A stretch of DNA of 64,000 nucleotides from the human T2T-CHM13v2.0 reference genome, Homo sapiens: assembly GCF_009914755.1 (NCBI RefSeq), contig NC_060939.1; one strand, written 5' to 3'. The translations under genes were made by a program, and so were the position numbers. The stretch's first letter is position 1, and every line of letters starts with the position of its first letter. This document shows, piece by piece, positions 38,905-51,871 of the stretch. The notes beneath the pieces were generated by a model that searched no databases, was not told the origin of the DNA, and saw only the letters and a program-made list of their open reading frames with translations.

Positions 38905-41900
38905 GTGCATTCATATCACATGGTTGAAACTACCTTTTGGTTGAGCAGTTTTGAATCTCTCTTTTTGTAACATCTGCAATGGATATTTGGAGCCCTTTGT
39001 GGTCTGTGGTGGAAAAGGAACTATCCTCAAATAAAAACTACACAGAAGTATTCCGAGAAACTTCCTTGTGATGTGTGCATTCATCTCACAGGGTTGAACC
39101 TTTGGTTTGATTGAGCAGTTTTGAGACAATCTTTCCATAGAATCTGGAAGTGAATATTTGGAGAACCTTGAGATCTATTTTGGAGAAGGAGATATCTTTA
39201 TATGAAAACTGCACAGAAGCATTCTGAGAAACATCTTTGTGAGGTGTGCAATGAAGTCACAGAGTTGAAACTATGTTTTGATTCAGCAGTTTTGAGTCTC
39301 TCTTTTTGCAGAATCTGCGAGTGGATATCTGGAGAACTTGGAGGCCTATTTGGAAAAGGAAATATCTTCACATATAAACTATGCAGAAGCATTTTGAGAT
39401 TCTTCTTTGTGAGGTGTGCATTCAACTCACAGAGTTGAACTTATCTTTTCCTTGAGCACTTTCATATCTCATTTTCTGTAGAATCTGCAAGTGGATATTT
39501 GGAGCTCTTTGCACCCTGTGGTGGAAAGGGAACTATCTTCATATAAAAACTACAAAGAAGCATTCAGAGAAACTTCTTGTGATGAATGCAATCCTCACAC
39601 AGAGCTGAACCTTTCTTTTTATGGAGCAGTATTGAAACGCTCTTTTTGCAGAATCACCAAGTGGATATTTGGAGAGCTTTGGGGCCTGTTTTGGAAAATG
39701 AAATATCTTCAAAGTAAAACTACACAGAACCATTCTGAGAAACTTCTTTATGATGTGTGCATTCAACTCTCACAGTTGAACCTACCTTATGATTGAGCAA
39801 TTTGGAAACACTCTTTTCGTAGAGCCTGCAAGTGGATATTTAGAACGATTTGAGGCCTATTGTGGAAAAGCAAATATCTTCACATAAAAACTACACAGAA
39901 GCATTCTGAGAAACTTCTTTGGCATGTGTGCATTCAACTAACAGTGTTGAACGTATCTTTTGATTGAGCAGCTTAGAATCTCTCTTTTTGTAGAAAATGC
40001 AAGTAGATATTTGGAGCCCCATTTTGCCCTATGGTAGAAAACAAAACATCTTCACATAAAATCTACACAGAAGCATTCTGAGAAACTTCTTTGTGATGTT
40101 TGCATTGAACTCCCAGAGTCGAACCTATCTTTTGATAGAGCACTTTTGTATCTCTCTTTTTGCGGAATCTGCAAGTGGATATTTGGAAAGCTTGAGGCCT
40201 ATTGTGAAAAAGGAAATATCTTCACATAAAAACTACAGAGAAGCATTCTGAGAAACTTCTTTGTGAGGCATGGATTCAACCCACAGAGTTGGACTTATCA
40301 TTGAGCAGTTTTGAATCTCTCTTTTTGTCGAATCTGCAAGTGGATATTTGGAGCCCTTTGCAACCTAGGGTGGAAAAGGAAATACCTTCAAATAAAAACT
40401 ATATAGAAGCATTCCGTAAAACTTCTTTGTGATGTGTGCATTCGTCTCACAGAGTTGAACCTATCTAATGATTGAGCGGTTTTGAAACACTCATTTTGTA
40501 GAACCTGCAAGTGGATATTGGGAGTACTTTGTGGCCTTCTTTGGAAAAGGGAATATCTTCACATAAAAACTACAAAGAAGCATTCTGAGAAACTTCTTTG
40601 TGATGTGTGCATTCATCGCACAGTGTTGGACGTTTCTTTTGATAGGGCAGTTTTGAAACACTCTTTTTCTAGAATCTGCAAGTGGATATTTGGAGCGCTT
40701 TGAGGCCTAATGTGGAAAATCAAATATCTTCACATAAAAACTACACAGAGGCATTCTGAGAAACTTCTTTTTTTGTGTGTGCATTCAACTCACATAGTTG
40801 AAGTAATCTTTGGATTTAGCTGTTTTGAATCTCCTTTTTGCAGAATCTGCAAGTTGATACTTGGAGCCCTGTTTCACCCTATAGTGGAAAAGCAAATATC
40901 TTCACATAAACAAACCCTACAGAGAAGCATTCAGAGAAAGTCCTTTGTGATGTGTGCATTGAACATGCAGAGTTGACACTATCTTTTGATTGTACACATT
41001 TGAATACGTCTTTTTGTAGAATCTGCAAGTGGAAGTTTGGAGCTGTTTGCACCCTGTGGTGTAAAAGGAAATATCTTCATATAAAAGCTACACAGAAGCA
41101 TTCAGAAAGACTTCTTTGTGATGAATGCGTTCCTCACACAGAGTTGAATCTTCCTTTTTATTGAGTAGTATTGAAACCCTCTTTTTGCAGAATAACCAGG
41201 TGGATATTTGGAGAGCTTTGAGGCCTGTTTTGGAAAAGCAAATATCTTCAAATTAAAACCACACAGAAGCATTCTGAGAAGCTTCTTTGTGATGTGTGCA
41301 TTCAACTCTCAGAGTTCAACTTGTCTTATGATGGAGCAGTTTGGAAACACTCTTTTTTGTAGAAACTGCAAGTTGGTATGTAGAGCGATTTGAGGCCTAC
41401 TGTGGAAAAGCAAATATCTTCACATAACAACTACACAGAAGCACTCCTAGAAACTTCTTTGTGATGTGTGAATTCAACTCACAGAGCTGAACCTATCTTT
41501 TGATGGAGTAGCTTAGAATCTCTCTTTTTTTAGAATCTGCACGTGGATATTTGGAGCGCTTTGAGACCTAAAGTGGAAAAGCAAATATCTTCACATAAAA
41601 TCTACATAGAGGCACTCTAAGAAACTTCTTTTTGATGTGTGCATTCACCTCACAGAGCTGAACCGATCCTTCGAGTGACCAGTTTTGAATCTCTCTTTTT
41701 ATACAATCTGCAAGTGGATATTTGGAGCCCTTTGCGGCCTATGGTGGAAAAGGAAATATCTTCAAATAAAAACTACACAGAAGCATTCTGAGTCCCTATT
41801 TTGGAAAAGAAAATATCTTCACTTAAACAACTACGCAGAAATACTGTGAGAAACTTCTTTGTTATGTGAGCATTCAACTCACAGAGTTGAACCTATCTTT

Positions 41901-43227
41901 TGATTGAGCAGTTTTGAATCTCTCATTTTGCAGAATCTGCAAGGGGATATTTGGAGCCCTTTGCGGCCTATGGTGGAAAAGGAAATACCTTCAAATGAAA
42001 AGCACACAGAGGCATTCTGAGAAACTTCCTCGTGATTGTGCATTCAACTCACAGAGTTAAACCTATCTTATGATTGACCAGTTTTGGAACACTCTTTTCA
42101 TAGGATCTGCAAGTGGATATTTGGCGTGCTTTGAGGCCTATCGTGGAAAAGCAAATAACTTCAGATAAAAACTATACAGAAGCATTCTGAGAAACTTCTT
42201 TGTGATGTGTGCATTGATCTCACAGAGTTGAAAGTGTATTTTGATTGAGCAGTTTTGAAACACTCTTTTTGTAGAATCTGCAAGTGGATAATTGGGGAGA
42301 TTTGAGGTATATTGTGGAAAAGCAAGTATCTTCATATAAAAACTATACAGAAGCTTTCTGAGAAACATCTTTGTGAGGTTTGCATTCAACTCACAGAGCT
42401 GGAACTATCTTTTGAGTGACCAGTTTTGAATCTCTCTTTTTGTACAATCTGCAAGTGGATATTTGGAGCGTTTTGAGGCCTACATTTGAAAATCAAATAT
42501 CTTCCCTTAAAAGCTACACAGAAACATTCTCAGAAATTGTTTGTCATGTGTGCTTTCAAATTACCAAGTTGAACCTACCTTGTGATTGAGCAGTTTTGAA
42601 TCTCTCTTTTTGTGGAATCTGCAAGTGGATATTTTTAGCCATTTGCGGACTGTGGTGGAAAACGAATTATCTTCAAATCCATTCTACACAGAAGCATTCA
42701 GACAAACTTTTTGTGATGAGTGCATTGGTCACACAGAATTGAACCTCTCCTTTGATTGAGCAATTCTGAAACACTCTTTCAGAGGGTCTGCAAGTGGATA
42801 TTTTAGAGCTTTGGGACAATTGTGGAAAAGTAAATATCTTCACATAGAAACTACACGGAAGCATTCTGAGAAACTTCTTTGGAGGTGTGCATTCAACTCA
42901 CAGAGTTGAACCTATCTTTTCATTGAGCAGTTTTGAATCTCTCTTTTTGTAGACTCTGCTTGCAGATATTTGGAGAGCTTTGAGGCCTATTGTTGAAAAG
43001 GAATCATCTTCACATAAAAACACACAGAAGCACTCTGAGAAACTTCTTTGTGAAGTGTGCATTCAACTCACAGAGTTGAACCTATCTTTTGATTGAGAAG
43101 CTTTGAATCTCTCTTTTTGTAGAAGCTGCATGTGGATATTTGGAGACGTTTGTGGCCTATGGTAGAAAAGGCAATATCTTCAAATAAACACTAGACAGAA
43201 GCATTTTGAGAAATTTCTCTGTGCTGT
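38905..43227 (+). repeat. HOR copy 10 (4323 bp), divergent haplotype
   Basis: Same variants as copy 9 plus G>T at 42994. Confidence 0.97.
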
Positions 43228-46200
43228 GTGCATTCATATCACATGGTTGAAACTACCTTTTGGTTGAGCAGTTTTGAATCTCTCTTTTTGTAACATCTGC
43301 AATGGATATTTGGAGCCCTTTGTGGTCTGTGGTGGAAAAGGAACTATCCTCAAATAAAAACTACACAGAAGTATTCCGAGAAACTTCCTTGTGATGTGTG
43401 CATTCATCTCACAGGGTTGAACCTTTGGTTTGATTGAGCAGTTTTGAGACAATCTTTCCATAGAATCTGGAAGTGAATATTTGGAGAACCTTGAGATCTA
43501 TTTTGGAGAAGGAGATATCTTTATATGAAAACTGCACAGAAGCATTCTGAGAAACATCTTTGTGAGGTGTGCAATGAAGTCACAGAGTTGAAACTATGTT
43601 TTGATTCAGCAGTTTTGAGTCTCTCTTTTTGCAGAATCTGCGAGTGGATATCTGGAGAACTTGGAGGCCTATTTGGAAAAGGAAATATCTTCACATATAA
43701 ACTATGCAGAAGCATTTTGAGATTCTTCTTTGTGAGGTGTGCATGCAACTCACAGAGTTGAACTTATCTTTTCCTTGAGCACTTTCATATCTCATTTTCT
43801 GTAGAATCTGCAAGTGGATATTTGGAGCTCTTTGCACCCTGTGGTGGAAAGGGAACTATCTTCATATAAAAACTACAAAGAAGCATTCAGAGAAACTTCT
43901 TGTGATGAATGCAATCCTCACACAGAGCTGAACCTTTCTTTTTATTGAGCAGTATTGAAACGCTCTTTTTGCAGAATCACCAAGTGGATATTTGGAGAGC
44001 TTTGGGGCCTGTTTTGGAAAATGAAATATCTTCAAAGTAAAACTACACAGAACCATTCTGAGAAACTTCTTTATGATGTGTGCATTCAACTCTCAGAGTT
44101 GAACCTACCTTATGATTGAGCAATTTGGAAACACTCTTTTCGTAGAGCCTGCAAGTGGATATTTAGAACGATTTGAGGCCTATTGTGGAAAAGCAAATAT
44201 CTTCACATAAAAACTACACAGAAGCATTCTGAGAAACTTCTTTGGCATGTGTGCATTCAACTAACAGTGTTGAACGTATCTTTTGATTGAGCAGCTTAGA
44301 ATCTCTCTTTTTGTAGAAAATGCAAGTAGATATTTGGAGCCCCATTTTGCCCTATGGTAGAAAACAAAACATCTTCACATAAAATCTACACAGAAGCATT
44401 CTGAGAAACTTCTTTGTGATGTTTGCATTGAACTCCCAGAGTCGAACCTATCTTTTGATAGAGCACTTTTGTATCTCTCTTTTTGCGGAATCTGCAAGTG
44501 GATATTTGGAAAGCTTGAGGCCTATTGTGAAAAAGGAAATATCTTCACATAAAAACTACAGAGAAGCATTCTGAGAAACTTCTTTGTGAGGCATGGATTC
44601 AACCCACAGAGTTGGACTTATCATTGAGCAGTTTTGAATCTCTCTTTTTGTCGAATCTGCAAGTGGATATTTGGAGCCCTTTGCAACCTAGGGTGGAAAA
44701 GGAAATACCTTCAAATAAAAACTATATAGAAGCATTCCGTAAAACTTCTTTGTGATGTGTGCATTCGTCTCACAGAGTTGAACCTATCTAATGATTGAGC
44801 GGTTTTGAAACACTCATTTTGTAGAACCTGCAAGTGGATATTGGGAGTACTTTGTGGCCTTCTTTGGAAAAGGGAATATCTTCACATAAAAACTACAAAG
44901 AAGCATTCTGAGAAACTTCTTTGTGATGTGTGCATTCATCTCACAGTGTTGGACGTTTCTTTTGATAGGGCAGTTTTGAAACACTCTTTTTCTAGAATCT
45001 GCAAGTGGATATTTGGAGCGCTTTGAGGCCTAATGTGGAAAATCAAATATCTTCACATAAAAACTACACAGAGGCATTCTGAGAAACTTCTTTTTTGTGT
45101 GTGCATTCAACTCACATAGTTGAAGTAATCTTTGGATTTAGCTGTTTTGAATCTCCTTTTTGCAGAATCTGCAAGTTGATACTTGGAGCCCTGTTTCACC
45201 CTATAGTGGAAAAGCAAATATCTTCACATAAACAAACCCTACAGAGAAGCATTCAGAGAAAGTCCTTTGTGATGTGTGCATTGAACATGCAGAGTTGACA
45301 CTATCTTTTGATTGTACAGTTTTGAATACGTCTTTTTGTAGAATCTGCAAGTGGAAGTTTGGAGCTGTTTGCACCCTGTGGTGTAAAAGGAAATATCTTC
45401 ATATAAAAGCTACACAGAAGCATTCAGAAAGACTTCTTTGTGATGAATGCGTTCCTCACACAGAGTTGAATCTTCCTTTTTATTGAGTAGCATTGAAACC
45501 CTCTTTTTGCAGAATAACCAGGTGGATATTTGGAGAGCTTTGAGGCCTGTTTTGGAAAAGCAAATATCTTCAAATTAAAACCACACAGAAGCATTCTGAG
45601 AAGCTTCTTTGTGATGTGTGCATTCAACTCTCAGAGTTCAACGTGTCTTATGATGGAGCAGTTTGGAAACACTCTTTTTTGTAGAAACTGCAAGTGGATA
45701 TGTAGAGCGATTTGAGGCCTACTGTGGAAAAGCAAATATCTTCACATAACAACTACACAGAAGCACTCCTAGAAACTTCTTTGTGATGTGTGAATTCAAC
45801 TCACAGAGCTGAACCTATCTTTTGATGGAGTAGCTTAGAATCTCTCTTTTTTTAGAATCTGCACGTGGATATTTGGAGCGCTTTGAGACCTAAAGTGGAA
45901 AAGCAAATATCTTCACATAAAATCTACATAGAGGCACTCTAAGAAACTTCTTTTTGATGTGTGCATTCACCTCACAGAGCTGAACCGATCCTTCGAGTGA
46001 CCAGTTTTGAATCTCTCTTTTTATACAATCTGCAAGTGGATATTTGGAGCCCTTTGCGGCCTATGGTGGAAAAGGAAATATCTTCAAATAAAAACTACAC
46101 AGAAGCATTCTGAGTCCCTATTTTGGAAAAGAAAATATCTTCACTTAAACAACTACGCAGAAATACTGTGAGAAACTTCTGTGTTATGTGAGCATTCAAC

Positions 46201-47549
46201 TCACAGAGTTGAACCTATCTTTTGATTGAGCAGTTTTGAATCTCTCATTTTGCAGAATCTGCAAGGGGATATTTGGAGCCCTTTGCGGCCTATGGTGGAA
46301 AAGGAAATACCTTCAAATGAAAAGCACACAGAGGCATTCTGAGAAACTTCCTCGTGATTGTGCATTCAACTCACAGAGTTAAACCTATCTTATGATTGAC
46401 CAGTTTTGGAACACTCTTTTCATAGGATCTGCAAGTGGATATTTGGCGTGCTTTGAGGCCTATCGTGGAAAAGCAAATAACTTCAGATAAAAACTATACA
46501 GAAGCATTCTGAGAAACTTCTTTGTGATGTGTGCATTGATCTCACAGAGTTGAAAGTGTATTTTGATTGAGCAGTTTTGAAACACTCTTTTTGTAGAATC
46601 TGCAAGTGGATAATTGGGGAGATTTGAGGTATATTGTGGAAAAGCAAGTATCTTCATATAAAAACTATACAGAAGCTTTCTGAGAAACATCTTTGTGAGG
46701 TTTGCATTCAACTCACAGAGCTGGAACTATCTTTTGAGTGACCAGTTTTGAATCTCTCTTTTTGTACAATCTGCAAGTGGATATTTGGAGCGTTTTGAGG
46801 CCTACATTTGAAAATCAAATATCTTCCCTTAAAAGCTACACAGAAACATTCTCAGAAATTGTTTGCCATGTGTGCTTTCAAATTACCAAGTTGAACCTAC
46901 CTTGTGATTGAGCAGTTTTGAATCTCTCTTTTTGTGGAATCTGCAAGTGGATATTTTTAGCCATTTGCGGACTGTGGTGGAAAAGGAATTATCTTCAAAT
47001 CCATTCTACACAGAAGCATTCAGACAAACTTTTTGTGATGAGTGCATTGGTCACACAGAATTGAACCTCTCCTTTGATTGAGCAATTCTGAAACACTCTT
47101 TCAGAGGGTCTGCAAGTGGATATTTTAGAGCTTTGGGACAATTGTGGAAAAGTAAATATCTTCACATAGAAACTACACGGAAGCATTCTGAGAAACTTCT
47201 TTGGAGGTGTGCATTCAACTCACAGAGTTGAACCTATCTTTTCATTGAGCAGTTTTGAATCTCTCTTTTTGTAGACTCTGCTTGCAGATATTTGGAGAGC
47301 TTTGAGGCCTATTGTTGAAAAGGAATCATCTTCACATAAAAACACACAGAAGCACTCTGAGAAACTTCTTTGTGAAGTGTGCATTCAACTCACAGAGTTG
47401 AACCTATCTTTTGATTGAGAAGCTTTGAATCTCTCTTTTTGTAGAAGCTGCATGTGGATATTTGGAGACGTTTGTGGCCTATGGTAGAAAAGGCAATATC
47501 TTCAAATAAAAACTAGACAGAAGCATTTTGAGAAATTTCTCTGTGCTGT
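43228..47549 (+). repeat. HOR copy 11 (4322 bp), mosaic haplotype
   Basis: T6; variants 43745, 43914, 43946, 44141, 44756, 45491, 46181, 46866, 47316. Confidence 0.97.
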
Positions 47550-50500
47550 GTGCATTCATATCACATGGTTGAAACTACCTTTTGGTTGAGCAGTTTTGAA
47601 TCTCTCTTTTTGTAACATCTGCAATGGATATTTGGAGCCCTTTGTGGTCTGTGGTGGAAAAGGAACTATCCTCAAATAAAAACTACACAGAAGTATTCCG
47701 AGAAACTTCCTTGTGATGTGTGCATTCATCTCACAGGGTTGAACCTTTGGTTTGATTGAGCAGTTTTGAGACAATCTTTCCATAGAATCTGGAAGTGAAT
47801 ATTTGGAGAACCTTGAGATCTATTTTGGAGAAGGAGATATCTTTATATGAAAACTGCACAGAAGCATTCTGAGAAACATCTTTGTGAGGTGTGCAATGAA
47901 GTCACAGAGTTGAAACTATGTTTTGATTCAGCAGTTTTGAGTCTCTCTTTTTGCAGAATCTGCGAGTGGATATCTGGAGAACTTGGAGGCCTATTTGGAA
48001 AAGGAAATATCTTCACATATAAACTATGCAGAAGCATTTTGAGATTCTTCTTTGTGAGGTGTGCATTCAACTCACAGAGTTGAACTTATCTTTTCCTTGA
48101 GCACTTTCATATCTCATTTTCTGTAGAATCTGCAAGTGGATATTTGGAGCTCTTTGCACCCTGTGGTGGAAAGGGAACTATCTTCATATAAAAACTACAA
48201 AGAAGCATTCAGAGAAACTTCTTGTGATGAATGCATTCCTCACACAGAGCTGAACCTTTCTTTTTATGGAGCAGTATTGAAACGCTCTTTTTGCAGAATC
48301 ACCAAGTGGATATTTGGAGAGCTTTGGGGCCTGTTTTGGAAAATGAAATATCTTCAAAGTAAAACTACACAGAACCATTCTGAGAAACTTCTTTATGATG
48401 TGTGCATTCAACTCTCAGAGTTGAACCTACCTTATGATTGAGCAATTTGGAAACACTCTTTTCGTAGAGCCTGCAAGTGGATATTTAGAACGATTTGAGG
48501 CCTATTGTGGAAAAGCAAATATCTTCACATAAAAACTACACAGAAGCATTCTGAGAAACTTCTTTGGCATGTGTGCATTCAACTAACAGTGTTGAACGTA
48601 TCTTTTGATTGAGCAGCTTAGAATCTCTCTTTTTGTAGAAAATGCAAGTAGATATTTGGAGCCCCATTTTGCCCTATGGTAGAAAACAAAACATCTTCAC
48701 ATAAAATCTACACAGAAGCATTCTGAGAAACTTCTTTGTGATGTTTGCATTGAACTCCCAGAGTCGAACCTATCTTTTGATAGAGCACTTTTGTATCTCT
48801 CTTTTTGCGGAATCTGCAAGTGGATATTTGGAAAGCTTGAGGCCTATTTTGAAAAAGGAAATATCTTCACATAAAAACTACAGAGAAGCATTCTGAGAAA
48901 CTTCTTTGTGAGGCATGGATTCAACCCACAGAGTTGGACTTATCATTGAGCAGTTTTGAATCTCTCTTTTTGTCGAATCTGCAAGTGGATATTTGGAGCC
49001 CTTTGCAACCTAGGGTGGAAAAGGAAATACCTTCAAATAAAAACTATATAGAAGCATTCCGTAAAACTTCTTTGTGATGTGTGCATTCGTCTCACAGAGT
49101 TGAACCTATCTAATGATTGAGCGGTTTTGAAACACTCATTTTGTAGAACCTGCAAGTGGATATTGGGAGTACTTTGTGGCCTTCTTTGGAAAAGGGAATA
49201 TCTTCACATAAAAACTACAAAGAAGCATTCTGAGAAACTTCTTTGTGATGTGTGCATTCATCTCACAGTGTTGGACGTTTCTTTTGATAGGGCAGTTTTG
49301 AAACACTCTTTTTCTAGAATCTGCAAGTGGATATTTGGAGCGCTTTGAGGCCTAATGTGGAAAATCAAATATCTTCACATAAAAACTACACAGAGGCATT
49401 CTGAGAAACTTCTTTTTTGTGTGTGCATTCAACTCACATAGTTGAAGTAATCTTTGGATTTAGCTGTTTTGAATCTCCTTTTTGCAGAATCTGCAAGTTG
49501 ATACTTGGAGCCCTGTTTCACCCTATAGTGGAAAAGCAAATATCTTCACATAAACAAACCCTACAGAGAAGCATTCAGAGAAAGTCCTTTGTGATGTGTG
49601 CATTGAACATGCAGAGTTGACACTATCTTTTGATTGTACAGTTTTGAATACGTCTTTTTGTAGAATCTGCAAGTGGAAGTTTGGAGCTGTTTGCACCCTG
49701 TGGTGTAAAAGGAAATATCTTCATATAAAAGCTACACAGAAGCATTCAGAAAGACTTCTTTGTGATGAATGCGTTCCTCACACAGAGTTGAATCTTCCTT
49801 TTTATTGAGTAGTATTGAAACCCTCTTTTTGCAGAATAACCAGGTGGATATTTGGAGAGCTTTGAGGCCTGTTTTGGAAAAGCAAATATCTTCAAATTAA
49901 AACCACACAGAAGCATTCTGAGAAGCTTCTTTGTGATGTGTGCATTCAACTCTCAGAGTTCAACGTGTCTTATGATGGAGCAGTTTGGAAACACTCTTTT
50001 TTGTAGAAACTGCAAGTGGATATGTAGAGCGATTTGAGGCCTACTGTGGAAAAGCAAATATCTTCACATAACAACTACACAGAAGCACTCCTAGAAACTT
50101 CTTTGTGATGTGTGAATTCAACTCACAGAGCTGAACCTATCTTTTGATGGAGTAGCTTAGAATCTCTCTTTTTTTAGAATCTGCACGTGGATATTTGGAG
50201 CGCTTTGAGACCTAAAGTGGAAAAGCAAATATCTTCACATAAAATCTACATAGAGGCACTCTAAGAAACTTCTTTTTGATGTGTGCATTCACCTCACAGA
50301 GCTGAACCGATCCTTCGAGTGACCAGTTTTGAATCTCTCTTTTTATACAATCTGCAAGTGGATATTTGGAGCCCTTTGCGGCCTATGGTGGAAAAGGAAA
50401 TATCTTCAAATAAAAACTACACAGAAGCATTCTGAGTCCCTATTTTGGAAAAGAAAATATCTTCACTTAAACAACTACGCAGAAATACTGTGAGAAACTT

Positions 50501-51871
50501 CTTTGTTATGTGAGCATTCAACTCACAGAGTTGAACCTATCTTTTGATTGAGCAGTTTTGAATCTCTCATTTTGCAGAATCTGCAAGGGGATATTTGGAG
50601 CCCTTTGCGGCCTATGGTGGAAAAGGAAATACCTTCAAATGAAAAGCACACAGAGGCATTCTGAGAAACTTCCTCGTGATTGTGCATTCAACTCACAGAG
50701 TTAAACCTATCTTATGATTGACCAGTTTTGGAACACTCTTTTCATAGGATCTGCAAGTGGATATTTGGCGTGCTTTGAGGCCTATCGTGGAAAAGCAAAT
50801 AACTTCAGATAAAAACTATACAGAAGCATTCTGAGAAACTTCTTTGTGATGTGTGCATTGATCTCACAGAGTTGAAAGTGTATTTTGATTGAGCAGTTTT
50901 GAAACACTCTTTTTGTAGAATCTGCAAGTGGATAATTGGGGAGATTTGAGGTATATTGTGGAAAAGCAAGTATCTTCATATAAAAACTATACAGAAGCTT
51001 TCTGAGAAACATCTTTGTGAGGTTTGCATTCAACTCACAGAGCTGGAACTATCTTTTGAGTGACCAGTTTTGAATCTCTCTTTTTGTACAATCTGCAAGT
51101 GGATATTTGGAGCGTTTTGAGGCCTACATTTGAAAATCAAATATCTTCCCTTAAAAGCTACACAGAAACATTCTCAGAAATTGTTTGTCATGTGTGCTTT
51201 CAAATTACCAAGTTGAACCTACCTTGTGATTGAGCAGTTTTGAATCTCTCTTTTTGTGGAATCTGCAAGTGGATATTTTTAGCCATTTGCGGACTGTGGT
51301 GGAAAAGGAATTATCTTCAAATCCATTCTACACAGAAGCATTCAGACAAACTTTTTGTGATGAGTGCATTGGTCACACAGAATTGAACCTCTCCTTTGAT
51401 TGAGCAATTCTGAAACACTCTTTCAGAGGGTCTGCAAGTGGATATTTTAGAGCTTTGGGACAATTGTGGAAAAGTAAATATCTTCACATAGAAACTACAC
51501 GGAAGCATTCTGAGAAACTTCTTTGGAGGTGTGCATTCAACTCACAGAGTTGAACCTATCTTTTCATTGAGCAGTTTTGAATCTCTCTTTTTGTAGACTC
51601 TGCTTGCAGATACTTGGAGAGCTTTGAGGCCTATTGTGGAAAAGGAATCATCTTCACATAAAAACACACAGAAGCACTCTGAGAAACTTCTTTGTGAAGT
51701 GTGCATTCAACTCACAGAGTTGAACCTATCTTTTGATTGAGAAGCTTTGAATCTCTCTTTTTGTAGAAGCTGCATGTGGATATTTGGAGACGTTTGTGGC
51801 CTATGGTAGAAAAGGCAATATCTTCAAATAAAAACTAGACAGAAGCATTTTGAGAAATTTCTCTGTGCTGT
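47550..51871 (+). repeat. HOR copy 12 (4322 bp)
   Basis: T6; variants 48463, 48849, 49078, 51613. Confidence 0.97.
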
